Source: PVC group bacterium (GTDB lineage: Bacteria > Auribacterota > Erginobacteria > Erginobacterales > Erginobacteraceae). Taken from it: a DNA stretch of 64,000 bases. Within the stretch, counting starts at the first letter, position 1. The number at the start of each line of letters is the position of its first letter. The stretch covers positions 12,736-76,735 of the forward strand of contig JAZDIV010000043.1 in the NCBI GenBank assembly GCA_043804695.1, given 5' to 3'. This document shows positions 1 to 10,829 of this stretch, one piece after another. The position numbers and the translations under genes were made by a program. The notes beneath the pieces were generated by a model. That model was not told the origin of the DNA. It made no database searches and saw nothing but the letters and a program-made list of their open reading frames with translations.

Positions 1-24
1 ACCCGGGAATTAAAACTAAAGACC

Positions 25-1329
25 ATGAACAAGGGCATCAAGGACCTCTTCTTCAGTTTCGGGGCCAAGACCATTACCATCATCTCCGCCCTCGGTGTTC
101 AGGTCTGCCTGGCCTGGTTTCTGGGGACAAGCGGTCGGGGCTCCTACGCCGTCTGCATCCTCTTCTCCGGACTCCTCGGTATTATCTTTTTCATGGGGTG
201 CGAGCTGGCCGGCGTGTACTTCGTCTCCTCGAGACGATTCAGCCTCTCCGAGGGGGTTATCTATACCCTCATCTACGGCGTGGTCGGCTCGGTCCTGGCG
301 GTCGCGGCCGGGCTGATTCTGATGCAGTTCCCCCTCACCATCTTTGAGAAGGCGGACCGGCCCGAGCTCTACCTGGCACTGGCCTCCATCCCGGGTTTCC
401 TTTTTTTTACCGTCTTCAGCCAGCTCTTTACCGCGATCCGCCAGTTCGGCTGGTTCTCCGCCGTTACCCTTCTCCGGGGTCTCTGCCTCCTCGTCTTCAC
501 CCCCCTCTTCCTCTGGGTACTGGACGCCGGGACGCCGGGGGCGATCATGGCGATCATCGCCAGCGATCTGGTGGTCGTGGTTGTCTGTCTGCTTGTCTTC
601 CGGCGGAAGTTCGGTCTCCTGAACGTCCACCCCCGGCTGAAAAACCTTCTGGCAATGCTTCACTACGGCGCCCGCTACTGCGTCGGGGTCATCAGTAACC
701 AGTTCAACTTCCGGATCGGCACCCTGATCCTGGCCTTCTTCGCCACCAAGGAAGAGATCGGGATCTACGCCTTGGCCGTCGGCCTGACCATCCAGATACA
801 AATCCTCCCCGACGCGGTCAAGACCGCCCTCATCCCCCGGTCAGCCAGTGACGAAGCAGGGAGGAAGGAATTGGTGGCCCAGTGCGCTCGCCTGACCGCC
901 CTGATCTCTTTCCTCATGCTTCTGGGGTTTATCCTGCTGGCAAAACTCTTTCTCACCATCATCTTCCCGGAATCGTTCGCGTCGGCCGCTCCCCTGATCC
1001 GGATCCTGGCCTTCGGCTTCTTCATCCGCACGCTGGGGAAGTCGCTGGAGCCGTACCTGATCGGGAGCAACCGGCCGGGGCTGATTTCGATCAGCGTGGC
1101 CGGGGGGATGGCCGTCAACATCGCCTGCCTCTTCCTCCTCCTGCCCCGGCTCGGACTCCCCGGAGCCGCCTGGAGTGTTGTCTGTAATTACCTAGTCAGT
1201 TCTGCTATACTGATCTTCAGTTTCAGCCGCCTCTCGGAGATGGACTGGCGGTCGATCTGGCGGCTGCGGGCAAGCGATTTCGCCTTCCTGGACGGACTGA
1301 AAACCCGTTTTTTCCCGGGGAAGACCTGA
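25..1329 (+). CDS. Wzx-like oligosaccharide flippase (polysaccharide biosynthesis/MATE-like)
   Basis: 434 aa, about 12 hydrophobic segments; LGTSGRGSYA near N-terminus, EIGIYALA and LLPRLGLPGAAWS patterns typical of Wzx. Confidence 0.85.
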   Translation: MNKGIKDLFFSFGAKTITIISALGVQVCLAWFLGTSGRGSYAVCILFSGLLGIIFFMGCELAGVYFVSSRRFSLSEGVIYTLIYGVVGSVLAVAAGLILMQFPLTIFEKADRPELYLALASIPGFLFFTVFSQLFTAIRQFGWFSAVTLLRGLCLLVFTPLFLWVLDAGTPGAIMAIIASDLVVVVVCLLVFRRKFGLLNVHPRLKNLLAMLHYGARYCVGVISNQFNFRIGTLILAFFATKEEIGIYALAVGLTIQIQILPDAVKTALIPRSASDEAGRKELVAQCARLTALISFLMLLGFILLAKLFLTIIFPESFASAAPLIRILAFGFFIRTLGKSLEPYLIGSNRPGLISISVAGGMAVNIACLFLLLPRLGLPGAAWSVVCNYLVSSAILIFSFSRLSEMDWRSIWRLRASDFAFLDGLKTRFFPGKT

Positions 1330-1658
1330 TATATCATACTATAAGTTCTATTCCGAATCGTTGTGTGGGTTATAAGAATAATCAACCACGAAGATCACGA
1401 AGGAGATGTATATAAAACCAACCTCATTACCTCGGCATAAGCCTATACATTCACCACCAATTTAAACATGGGGACTGGTGCTATAATACCGTGCATCAAC
1501 CTCAACCTCGCAAAGGCATTAAACCGTGATTGATGTGCCTCATCACTTCTAATCTTCTTGGTTTTTCTTCGTGTTCTTCGTGTCCTGCTGGTGAATAATA
1601 GATGTGGGCTTCCATGCCAAATAGGAAGAGAACCAAACAAAGGTAGACTGAAGACAGA

Positions 1659-2804
1659 ATGATCTCCGTGCTGATAGCGGGAGACCTCTGCCCCATCGGG
1701 AGGAACCTCCCTCTGTTCAAGGAAGGCGACGCCCAGGCGCTTTTCAACGATCTCCTCCCCGAATTCGAGCAGGCGGATCTCTCGATCGTCAACCTGGAGT
1801 GCCCTTTGATCGGGGAGGAAAGACCGATCAAGAAGGTGGGTCCGGTCCTCGGCGCTCCCCGGGAGTCCGTCAACGGCCTCGAGGCGGCGGGGATAGACGT
1901 CGTCAACCTCGCCAACAATCACATCCTCGACCACGGAGCGGAGGGCCTTGCCAGCACGCTGGAAGCGTGCCGGCAGAGCGGAATCGACTGTGTCGGGGCG
2001 GGCGCTGATATCCGGGAGGCGCGGAAGATCCTGGTCCGGGAAGCGAAGGGGATCCAGGTCGGCATCCTGGCGCTGGCCGAGCATGAGTTCGGCACCGCCG
2101 GCACGAACAGCCCCGGCTCCAATCCGCTCGATCTCATCGACTTCGTCCGCAATGTCGACACCCACCGCCAGGAGTTCGATTGTCTGATCGTGCTCCTCCA
2201 CGGCGGGAACGAGCACTACCCCTACCCCCGCCCCCGGTTGATGAATATCTGCCGCTTCTTTGTCGAGCGCGGCGCCGACGCCGTCATCTGCCAGCAGTCG
2301 CACGTTGCCGGGTGCGGAGAGACCTACCGGGGAGGGCACATCGTGTACGGGCAGGGGAACTTCATCTTCGACCTTCCTTCACCCCACCCGGCCTGGAACC
2401 GGGGGGTGTTGCTCGTCCTCGAGATCGACGGGCCGGGCAGATCACGGATGAGAATGGTTCCCTACCGGCAGTCCGACGGCGGTCCGGGCGCCCGCCGGTT
2501 GGGAGCGGAGGAGGAAAAACGTTTCCGGGAGGAATTCACCGCCCGGTCAGAGGAGATCCGGGACCCGGCCGAAGTTGAAAAACGGTGGCGGGAGTTCTGC
2601 CGCGGACAGGAGCGAGCTCTCCTCCATCTGCTCCATGGGAGGAATTCCCTTCTCCGGCGACTGGCGGTAAGAGCAGGCCTTTCCGGCCTGCTCGATTCAA
2701 AAAAGCGCTGTCTGACCCGCCTCCATCTGTTCCGCTGCGAGTCCCTTCGGGAAGCCCTGATCGCCGTCCTGGAGGAGAGATCGAAAATGATTCCCGGGGA
2801 ATAA
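1659..2804 (+). CDS. CapA/PgsA-family metallophosphoesterase-fold protein
   Basis: IAGD, VNLECP, NLANNHILDHG, LHGGNE, IVYGQGNFIF motifs; the usual GHH site reads CQQSH. Confidence 0.85.
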   Translation: MISVLIAGDLCPIGRNLPLFKEGDAQALFNDLLPEFEQADLSIVNLECPLIGEERPIKKVGPVLGAPRESVNGLEAAGIDVVNLANNHILDHGAEGLASTLEACRQSGIDCVGAGADIREARKILVREAKGIQVGILALAEHEFGTAGTNSPGSNPLDLIDFVRNVDTHRQEFDCLIVLLHGGNEHYPYPRPRLMNICRFFVERGADAVICQQSHVAGCGETYRGGHIVYGQGNFIFDLPSPHPAWNRGVLLVLEIDGPGRSRMRMVPYRQSDGGPGARRLGAEEEKRFREEFTARSEEIRDPAEVEKRWREFCRGQERALLHLLHGRNSLLRRLAVRAGLSGLLDSKKRCLTRLHLFRCESLREALIAVLEERSKMIPGE

Positions 2805-2811
2805 ACACATT

Positions 2812-2849
2812 AGTAGACAATTTATTTCGATCGAAATAAATTGTCTACT
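2812..2849. terminator. Perfect 38-bp palindrome between convergent genes (probable bidirectional terminator)
   Basis: AGTAGACAATTTATTTCGA|TCGAAATAAATTGTCTACT. Confidence 0.6.
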
Positions 2850-2854
2850 GTAAG

Positions 2855-4912
2855 CTACTCGAAGGGCAGCGGCTTCTCCGGCTCGAAGGTGAAGACGTGC
2901 CAAAGCTTCTTCCCCACCCCGTAATCCTGCCGGACAGAATCATTCACCAGTACCGGGGTAAGAGGGAGCGTGCTGTCCCAGATTACATAACGGATGTCAT
3001 TTTCGCGAATCAAGCGAGGTAGATATCCAGGATCATTTTCGGCCTGGAGATGGTCTATAAAAACGATCTTCCTTCTTCCCAGTGCCTTTCCCTGGGACAG
3101 GTGCCCGAAGATGAGATGGCGCTGGTTCTTCTCCCCGATCGCCACCCCGACCGAGTCATCCCCCGCCATGATCATTTCCATGATGGTCCCGTTCAGGTCG
3201 TCCCAGTAGTAGCCGGACGGATACGGCGAGCGGGCGGCCCGAAGCACCCGGAGGGGGCAGATACCGCCAACCTCCTTCCCCCGGAACGTGTCGAGGAAAG
3301 AGACGTGAAGGCGGAGACTGGCGATCGCTTCCCTCCCCGCCAGGAGGCAAACCGCAGCGAACCAGGCATACCCGGCAAACCGCTTCCAGCTGTTCTTCCC
3401 CGCCGATGCGGCCATCCGTCCCGTCACCACGGCCAGGCACGGTAATCCGAGGCCGGCCAGCCAGATGGTGTAGCGGGCCATGTGGTTATGATGGCGGGGC
3501 ATGGCGAAGAACATCACCAGGCAGAGAAAGAAAAGGTCGGGGAGGTAGGCGATCCCCCGGGTCTCCGGCCTTTTCCGGTGCACCACGCATATATAGAGAA
3601 GCCAGAGGACAGCCGGGATGCTCAACAGCCAGGCAAATCCCAGACCTCCCCATCGGGAGTCGTAGACCAGGACCTCGGGATCGTTGAACCGGAAGCAGCC
3701 GAGCCAGTTGGAGAGCACCCGTTCCGCCTGGGACCAGCCTTCGGTCCCCTCCCGGTATGGGGGCCGGAATTGGGTCGCGGCATTGACGCCGGGGAAGAGT
3801 TGCCGACCCGCAAACGTTACCTCTACCGGATAGAACGGGTTCCCGGTGCGTATCCAGTTCCGCCCCGCCCAGCCGCCGCCCAACCCAAGGCCGATCAGAA
3901 TCACGATAACGATAAAGAGCAGGCCGCGGCGAAGGCCGGGGGGGATACCGGACCGGTTCCCGGTTTCTTTCCGGGCCTGATGCCGCGCCAGAAAAAACCG
4001 GACGAGAAGAACCGCTCCCCCGGCCGGGACCAGAAATAGACCGGGGCCCTTGGAGCCGGCCGCCAGACCAAGGGCGAGGCCGAGGCCGGCCGCTAATCTC
4101 CAGGGGATTTTTCCCCTGTCGATCCGTTTCACCGTCCCCAGGAGCAGCGCGAAGAATGCCAGGTAACAGGCCGCGGAACCGGTATCGACCATCGCGGTCA
4201 GGGACTGGGCGATATTGATGGGAAGATATAAAAACAAGCACCCGGCTGCCAGGGCGAAACCGGACCGGGCGCCCAGGGTCAGGGAGATACCGGTTATCGC
4301 CAGAGCGCCCAGGGGGAGGAAGAGCAGGTTGACACCGTTGAGGAGCCGGCTGCACCCGGTCGCCAGCAGGAAAACAAACTGCACTACCTCCACTCCTTTG
4401 GGATAACCGTTCCAGGCGAAGGCGCCGACCGGCCCCCAGTGGGGGGAGCCGCCGGTCTCTATCCAGTGAACGCCGCCTTTTTGGAGCCAAAAGTGAAGTG
4501 TAGGGGTATGGTAGTAATTGCCGTCGTAAGAGAAGTCGGGAAGCGCGTAGGCGAGAACCCAGAGCAGAAGATAGAGGGCCAGCGTGACATAGAAAAACCC
4601 GGTCGCGAAAGGACCCGGCGGATCGGGTTTTACGTTATTCCGGCCGCGGCGGACGCTTCTCCGGTACAGCCACCCGGCCAGTGCCGCGAAAATAATGAAG
4701 ACAAAAGCTAACGGTCGAGAGACGGTGATCGAGAAAAGGCTCGCGGCCAGGAGAAGAGCCGTCAACAGGCCGTAGAAGAGGGAAAGACCGGCCAGCAGGT
4801 CAAGAGTCCCCCGCTCACTCCCCGCCAGCAGGCGGGGAGGAGAAAAATTGAATTCGGTGTATTCTATACCCCTCCGCTTCATCATATTTCTCTTCAGTCT
4901 CTTCCCTCCCAT
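2855..4912 (-). CDS. Polytopic membrane protein, GT-C/ArnT-like glycosyltransferase (family A)
   Basis: Many TM segments; DGNYYHTP, WNGYPKGVE, NWIRTGNPFYP, HNHMARY; paralog of 12641-14653. Confidence 0.65.
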   Translation of the reverse strand: MGGKRLKRNMMKRRGIEYTEFNFSPPRLLAGSERGTLDLLAGLSLFYGLLTALLLAASLFSITVSRPLAFVFIIFAALAGWLYRRSVRRGRNNVKPDPPGPFATGFFYVTLALYLLLWVLAYALPDFSYDGNYYHTPTLHFWLQKGGVHWIETGGSPHWGPVGAFAWNGYPKGVEVVQFVFLLATGCSRLLNGVNLLFLPLGALAITGISLTLGARSGFALAAGCLFLYLPINIAQSLTAMVDTGSAACYLAFFALLLGTVKRIDRGKIPWRLAAGLGLALGLAAGSKGPGLFLVPAGGAVLLVRFFLARHQARKETGNRSGIPPGLRRGLLFIVIVILIGLGLGGGWAGRNWIRTGNPFYPVEVTFAGRQLFPGVNAATQFRPPYREGTEGWSQAERVLSNWLGCFRFNDPEVLVYDSRWGGLGFAWLLSIPAVLWLLYICVVHRKRPETRGIAYLPDLFFLCLVMFFAMPRHHNHMARYTIWLAGLGLPCLAVVTGRMAASAGKNSWKRFAGYAWFAAVCLLAGREAIASLRLHVSFLDTFRGKEVGGICPLRVLRAARSPYPSGYYWDDLNGTIMEMIMAGDDSVGVAIGEKNQRHLIFGHLSQGKALGRRKIVFIDHLQAENDPGYLPRLIRENDIRYVIWDSTLPLTPVLVNDSVRQDYGVGKKLWHVFTFEPEKPLPFE

Positions 4913-5469
4913 GGCTAATATAATCCGGCATGGTACAAAATGACCGAAATCACGAATCCAAAACAGCGACCGCGAAGCCTTACTATTGAGAACATTTGGA
5001 AACTGCCATTCTTGATTTATTGAGGTTTAAGGATTTCTCTCTTGAAAACCTTAAGGCCATGATATAGTTCATAACTCTCGCAAATCGGGATAATGAGCAT
5101 TGAATCGAAGATGCCAATATCTAAGCTCTTCTTGCAAGATGAGATAGATTCCATAATTGAGATTTCGAAACGGTATCAAGTGCAAGTAGTAATGTCAAGC
5201 CGGCACGGGTGGACTGATAGGGTCCTCACCCTTCCTGGTCGGCATCGGAATGTCTGCGTTTTATCACGGGAAAGATGCGAAGACGGAATCTCACTGGACA
5301 GGATACATCACGAAAAATCGCGGGACTTTAAATCTTCATGCAATATCCCATCATTATCATTACCAGGGCATGCAGTTGATTCCTTATTGATTACAATTAG
5401 TCGGGAAATATCCGTAAACCAACGCGGGTTCATTTTCCAGATCAGTTAACACGATTATACTCCGCAAAG

Positions 5470-6408
5470 ATGAAAACGCCATCCAGGGGCCTGAACGGTG
5501 ACGAACGCTGCCCGGTCTGCGATTCTAAAATGGTGCGGCTTCTCTACATGGGCATTGACAAGGTGGCATCGAGATACGGCTCGGACACCCGGTTTAGAGT
5601 TCGCTTGAACAAATGCAAATCGTGCGGAATGCTCTTTCTCGGGAAAGCCGATTATGACCCGGAACGGATCCATAAAGCGTACTGGAAAATGCTCACGGAA
5701 AATTTATCCGATGATTATTCAGTCCCCACGCAACACCGGAAGTTATTACCGAAGCTGGTAAACGACTACCGGAAAACAAATCGGCTTTTCGAGATCGGCT
5801 GCGGAGACGCTACTCTTTTACGCACATTCCAGGCATCCGGGTGGGAGGTGGAAGGGATCGATATTTCGGAGCAGGCAAGCGCTCTCGCCTGGGATAAATA
5901 TGGACTGAAGGTACTGTGCGGACAGCTTGATGAAAAAACAGCCCGGCAACTGGGAGACCATTCATTCGATGTCGTGGTTATGTGGGGCCTGATTGAACAT
6001 CTCCCTGACCCGCGGAAGATGCTGCAGCTATCGCGGTTGCTATTGAGGAAGGGGGGCGCTCTTATTATCTACACCACGAATGCCAAAAGCATATTCTATC
6101 GCCTGGCCCGTATCTCTTATTATTTGTCACTGAAACAATTTTCTTTTCTCATGGAGCGGGTTATTATCGCGATGCATTATCTGTATTTTTCGAGAGAAAC
6201 GATGCGCTATTTCCTTCAGAGCGGTGATCTCAAAGTAAGAGAGATCATTATGACGGACATCGATCTGGATTTCATCTTTAAGGCACACGGTCATCTCTGG
6301 TGGTCTAACCGGTTCTTTCTGGTCCTGACCCATATTGTTCAACAAATCGGGACTCTGGGCAACATGAGCAGTCATATGATAGCCCTGGCGGAGGCAAGTT
6401 CAACCTGA
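5470..6408 (+). CDS. Class I SAM-dependent methyltransferase with N-terminal CxxC..CxxC
   Basis: CPVC, CKSC, LFEIGCGDA, FDVVVMWGLIEHLPDP. Confidence 0.9.
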   Translation: MKTPSRGLNGDERCPVCDSKMVRLLYMGIDKVASRYGSDTRFRVRLNKCKSCGMLFLGKADYDPERIHKAYWKMLTENLSDDYSVPTQHRKLLPKLVNDYRKTNRLFEIGCGDATLLRTFQASGWEVEGIDISEQASALAWDKYGLKVLCGQLDEKTARQLGDHSFDVVVMWGLIEHLPDPRKMLQLSRLLLRKGGALIIYTTNAKSIFYRLARISYYLSLKQFSFLMERVIIAMHYLYFSRETMRYFLQSGDLKVREIIMTDIDLDFIFKAHGHLWWSNRFFLVLTHIVQQIGTLGNMSSHMIALAEASST

Positions 6409-6443
6409 TCGGCAACTGCCTATTCTACAATCATCGCTTCTTT

Positions 6444-7337
6444 ATGACGGCACCAAATGCAATCTGTCCGATCTGCAGTTCCCAGATCGTCTCTCCCTAT
6501 TACCGGAGGAACCGGGAATTCCCGGTAAAAAGCTTCACTCCTTCGGTCAGTGACTTCGGGATTTTTTACAACCTCCACCGTTGTGACGGCTGTCACACGG
6601 TTTTCGCCTCTGAGATGCCATCCGCACAGGAACTGGCAAACGTTTACCAATCCTCCCACCCTGATGGATATCTTCTGGAAAAAAAGAACCGGCAGCGGAA
6701 TTTCCAGCGCCTGATCAAGACGTTAGCCAAATACGTAGACCATAATAAGCAGGTAAAGTTGCTGGATGTGGGGGCTTCCATCGGGCTGTTTCTGGAGACG
6801 GTCCATGTCATATTCCCCCACTGGGAACTCCTCGGAGTCGAGGCAAGCTCAACGGCCACTGAAATGGCCGCGCGGCGGTACGGGATCAAACTCATCCAGG
6901 GGATGTTCGAAACCATCGACCTCTTGCCGGATAATCAGGACATCATCACCATGCTGGATCTGATCGAACACGTCCGCTCGCCGCTCGAAGTAATCTGCCA
7001 GGCAAACCGGCTCCTAAAATCCGGGGGGATTCTAGTGATCAGCACCCCCAACATCGAAAGTTGGACGTCACGTCTCTTCCGGAGCCACTGGTGGGGCTTC
7101 CGGTGCATGCACACGCTTTATTTTTCGCCCTTGAGCATGAAACAGATGCTTGCCAAAGGGGGATTCCGGGTAATTACGATGCGAGGCCTGATCCGTTTAT
7201 TCACTCTCCGGTACTGTCTCCGCCACCTGGGATGGCCCATCCAGGGGCCGTCCATCAGCATCCCTTTTCCTCTTTCCCTGGGAGACATGCTGGTGATCGC
7301 CCGCAAGGAGAGCTCGGTCTTCCCTCAAACAGTCTGA
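6444..7337 (+). CDS. Class I SAM-dependent methyltransferase with N-terminal CxxC..CxxC
   Basis: CPIC, CDGC, LLDVGASIG, DIITMLDLIEHV, LVISTPN. Confidence 0.9.
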   Translation: MTAPNAICPICSSQIVSPYYRRNREFPVKSFTPSVSDFGIFYNLHRCDGCHTVFASEMPSAQELANVYQSSHPDGYLLEKKNRQRNFQRLIKTLAKYVDHNKQVKLLDVGASIGLFLETVHVIFPHWELLGVEASSTATEMAARRYGIKLIQGMFETIDLLPDNQDIITMLDLIEHVRSPLEVICQANRLLKSGGILVISTPNIESWTSRLFRSHWWGFRCMHTLYFSPLSMKQMLAKGGFRVITMRGLIRLFTLRYCLRHLGWPIQGPSISIPFPLSLGDMLVIARKESSVFPQTV

Positions 7338-7340
7338 TCC

Positions 7341-8840
7341 ATGAATACGATCCGTTTTCAACGATTCACCGCCAGGATAGATAATTATTTCTACCAGGTA
7401 GTGTTTGCTATCTCCTTCCTCTATGTCCTGACCCTAATCTCAAATTATGATATCAACTGGACCCATCCGGAAGTGGCAAAAATCCAGATCCCCGGGGTGG
7501 TAAAAAATGGGACAGCAATTGTCCCGGGGGATTTATTGAGGGGGTTTGACGTTTTAAGTTTCGAATACGGTGGACGGTCCCGCTTCGTTTCCTATTTCTT
7601 CCAGACGTTCAACATCAAGATCCGTCTCCTGCTGCTCCGGTTCATCCCCCCACACCCCAGTTTTTCACTCACCTGGATATTAACCCTGATTCTCTGCCCG
7701 ATCCTCTTCTTCAAACTCATCCATGACCTGAGCGGCGACCGCACTACCGCGTGGGCCGGCGCATCCCTGTTCCTGCTTTCCACGGGAACGTTATCCGGAA
7801 TAACCATGTTTTTTCACCCGGCGAAACCACTGGCCCTTTTTTTCACTCTTTTATGCTGCTACCTGGGTTCCAGACTCAGCCAGTATGCGCAACGCGAGGA
7901 GTATTTCTCGAAAAGATATATCCTGCTTCTGATCATCCTGCTCGGCACTATGTTCGCAGCCTGTTTTACAGACGAGGCGGCCTGGTACATCTTCATCTGC
8001 GTACCGATCCTGGCTCCCGGGATGTTCCGGAACAAGCGGTGGGGACTGTTGACAATCGGGCTCTGCTTTTCGATGTTTATCATATTTTTTCTCTTCGTTA
8101 CCTACCTGGTACCGATCATTACGAAACAGCTTTTCGGACAGAATTCTTTCAACTTCTGGCGGATGGCTTTGATCAAGGGAGACAGGTCGGTGTGGGATAA
8201 TTACAGGTTAACAAACACATTTATCAACGCCTGGTATATTATTATAAGCCAGCTGGTGCCGCCCGGGAAATTTTTCAGCCACAACATACCCATCAGAACT
8301 CTCTATTTATTCGTGCTCTCGACATACCTGGTTTGCGCCTTCATTGGATTATCCTCCGATAGAAAGAAAACAGTGCTGCGAGGGTTGGTCGCCCTGGTGC
8401 TCTTTTTCATCTTTCAATCGCTGATCCTGGCGAAAAGGGGGAAAGGGCTCATTGATAGTTCTTTTTACTACGGGAACTTGACCTCCATCTTCTTAATCCT
8501 GCCGCTGGCAATACTGCTTTCGGCGGGAAAAGAGCCTTTAAAAACTCTCAATAAAATTGTCCTCATAACCCTCCTCTTAATCTATTCTTATAACTTCACG
8601 GGTATCAATTATCGCTGGATGCGGAATCATGAAGGACAACGGGGCTATGGTTATCGAAAATACTTTCCCGAAGAAGCGAAAAAGATGGGAAGGAATAAAT
8701 TAACTTATCCCCTGGTAAAAATGGCCTGGGAGAAACGCCATGACCGGGAAGCTCTGGAGGAGATGAAGCCCCTCTTCCCTCTGAAAGCCCACTGGCTCTT
8801 CCTCGAACTGAACTGTGTCTATAATCCCGGAGATGATTAA
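7341..8840 (+). CDS. Polytopic membrane protein, putative GT-C glycosyltransferase (family C)
   Basis: WTHPE, PPHPSFSLTW, FFHPAKPL, TDEAAW, SFYYG shared with 53256-55313 and 61070-62575. Confidence 0.55.
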   Translation: MNTIRFQRFTARIDNYFYQVVFAISFLYVLTLISNYDINWTHPEVAKIQIPGVVKNGTAIVPGDLLRGFDVLSFEYGGRSRFVSYFFQTFNIKIRLLLLRFIPPHPSFSLTWILTLILCPILFFKLIHDLSGDRTTAWAGASLFLLSTGTLSGITMFFHPAKPLALFFTLLCCYLGSRLSQYAQREEYFSKRYILLLIILLGTMFAACFTDEAAWYIFICVPILAPGMFRNKRWGLLTIGLCFSMFIIFFLFVTYLVPIITKQLFGQNSFNFWRMALIKGDRSVWDNYRLTNTFINAWYIIISQLVPPGKFFSHNIPIRTLYLFVLSTYLVCAFIGLSSDRKKTVLRGLVALVLFFIFQSLILAKRGKGLIDSSFYYGNLTSIFLILPLAILLSAGKEPLKTLNKIVLITLLLIYSYNFTGINYRWMRNHEGQRGYGYRKYFPEEAKKMGRNKLTYPLVKMAWEKRHDREALEEMKPLFPLKAHWLFLELNCVYNPGDD

Positions 8841-9061
8841 TCAAGGGAGATGCGGAGGGCGAAGGGAGAACACCAGCCAGGATTCAGTAGCCGGGCCATT
8901 ACCCTGCCTGCCTGATCGAACGGATCACCGGTTCCCGGAAGAGATAAAAAAATTCTCTTCGCCAGCAGGTGGGGCATGGGCTCTAAAAAGCAACCGATTG
9001 TTTTTACGAATACATGTCTTATTCGCAAAATGTGTCACAACGAAATAACAATACTTACAAT

Positions 9062-9108
9062 CACGAAGAACACCCCCGTAGGGCAACCGTACGGGGGTGA
9101 TCTTCGTG
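9062..9108. repeat. Hairpin built from CACGAAG repeat arms, between convergent genes
   Basis: CACGAAGAaCACCCCCGTA...TACGGGGGTGaTCTTCGTG. Confidence 0.6.
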
Positions 9109-9162
9109 GTGAATAATTTCGTTATTTCTAATAAAGTTTTTAAAAAATTTTTAGAGTAAGGT

Positions 9163-10755
9163 CTAATTATCCGAACTAAGACTTCCCGCGCGGTCCCAGT
9201 ATCGAGATGGGATATTCCTTTGCGGAAGAACGGACGGATCCATCTGATTTTTAAGCCGGTAATTAAGCGTCTCCCCGTCCGCCACCCAGGCGGCATCCCC
9301 GATAAAGGGCGTGAAGCTGAATATCTCTTCCCGGGAGAAAATCCACTGGTAGGTTCCCCGGAAGAACCGGCCCATATCTTCGTTCCAGCAGAGAGACGGA
9401 AGATAGGACGGGATCCCGTCCGGCATCGCCAGCGGTTGCTGCGGGGAAATCTCTCCCCGCTTGATCCCCCCCTGGATCCGCCCCAGGAGCGTCTTCAGGG
9501 GGGTCATCTCAGTATCAATCAGGTTCACTGCCCCCCGGACCGCGATGACATTGAAGACAACGGCCAGGATCAGCAATAAACTGATCCCCCTTCTCACCGG
9601 ACCGGACCGGACCAGTCGATCGACGGCCAACGCGCCCATCAGGACCAGGAAGGCGTTGGCGATATACTGGTAACGGAACTGGAGGAAGAGATCAGTGAAG
9701 TTTTCGGTGGTGGAACGGCCGAGCGCGAGGACGAAGAAACCGGCCGCGTACAGGAAGAAAAGCAATCCCAGGCCGGCGGGGATCTTCCGGCGCGGTCTCC
9801 GGAAGGAAGCAATCAGGACGAATAGGACAAGCGAGACCGACCCGGTCGCGGTGACGACCGTCCGCAGGAGGCCCGGGCTCCAGGCGGCGGCCGGGCCGCC
9901 CATCTCGATGTTATGGGTCACCCGCAGAGGCAAGGCCAAGAAAGGAAGCAGGTTGATCAAAATCCCGTTATAGAGGAGGTTGAAGAAGACCGAGCAGAGG
10001 CTGAGGAAGACGTCCCCGGCGCCGGGAGCGGAGAGGGAGCCTGATGTGTGGGGAGCGGTCCGGGTGACGAGAAAGACCAGCAGATACATCCAGTAAACCG
10101 CTGCGGTCATCAGCACCGCCGGGCGGCGGCGACCGGCAATCCGTCTCATTGAAATCAGGAGGAGACCGAGCGGCCAGAGAAGAAAGAGTTCCAGACAGAG
10201 GAGAGAGAAGAGAAACAGGAAGCCGATGGGAACGAGGAGCAGCTTGTTTCCGCCGTCACTGTACCGGAGATAAATGATGATCCCGAAAAGAAAGGCAGAG
10301 AAACTGAGCGGCATCGTGACATGAAAGGTCCAGGTGACAATATCGGCATGAGTGAAGAGAACGGCGAAGAGGGAGAGAAAGAGAGCCAGGGTACCCGTTC
10401 CGATGCCAAGCCGCTTTCCCAGCAGATAAAGAAGAACAATGCTCAGGAAATAACCGGCGAAGTTCACCAGGTGATAGGGGAGAAAATCCGCTCCGAAAAG
10501 GCGGTGTTCCAGGTAGAGGACCGGGTGGGCGACGGGGCGGAAGGTGCCGTCCCGCCAGGGATCGTGGTTAACGACAAATGAGAAACCAGGGGGACCGGGA
10601 GAGGCGTCAACCAGGTGGAAGGCAAAGAGCGCCGACCACCAGTCGCTCCGGGGAGGGTTCGTAAAGGAGGGGGCGAAGATGATGATGAGAACGGCCAGAA
10701 GAAGCGCGAAGTACCCCGCGATCTTCTCTCGGGCCATATATTCATCAGCTCTCAT
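9163..10755 (-). CDS. Polytopic membrane protein, putative GT-C glycosyltransferase (family B)
   Basis: FTNPPRSDWW, HDPWRDGTFRP, QFRYQY, LCWN..MGRFFRGTYQW; paralog of 11127 and 41438 genes. Confidence 0.6.
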   Translation of the reverse strand: MRADEYMAREKIAGYFALLLAVLIIIFAPSFTNPPRSDWWSALFAFHLVDASPGPPGFSFVVNHDPWRDGTFRPVAHPVLYLEHRLFGADFLPYHLVNFAGYFLSIVLLYLLGKRLGIGTGTLALFLSLFAVLFTHADIVTWTFHVTMPLSFSAFLFGIIIYLRYSDGGNKLLLVPIGFLFLFSLLCLELFLLWPLGLLLISMRRIAGRRRPAVLMTAAVYWMYLLVFLVTRTAPHTSGSLSAPGAGDVFLSLCSVFFNLLYNGILINLLPFLALPLRVTHNIEMGGPAAAWSPGLLRTVVTATGSVSLVLFVLIASFRRPRRKIPAGLGLLFFLYAAGFFVLALGRSTTENFTDLFLQFRYQYIANAFLVLMGALAVDRLVRSGPVRRGISLLLILAVVFNVIAVRGAVNLIDTEMTPLKTLLGRIQGGIKRGEISPQQPLAMPDGIPSYLPSLCWNEDMGRFFRGTYQWIFSREEIFSFTPFIGDAAWVADGETLNYRLKNQMDPSVLPQRNIPSRYWDRAGSLSSDN

Positions 10756-10829
10756 ATCCTGCTCCCATCCTTTTTCATAAACATATGCTCCTCGCTTAAG
10801 TGAGAAATTAGCGTTTCGCGCTGTCTTCC

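Noticed and set aside
16..801. Long antisense or alternate-frame ORFs (also 1443-2339, 30319-31551, 41879-42973, 49588-50706, 52334-53194)
   Set aside because: Shadow ORFs of GC-rich genes with clear motifs on the other strand; no recognisable domains
5093..5449. 118-aa ORF after a possible extended -10 (TGATATAGT, 5060-5068)
   Set aside because: No recognisable motif or clear RBS; cannot be supported as a gene
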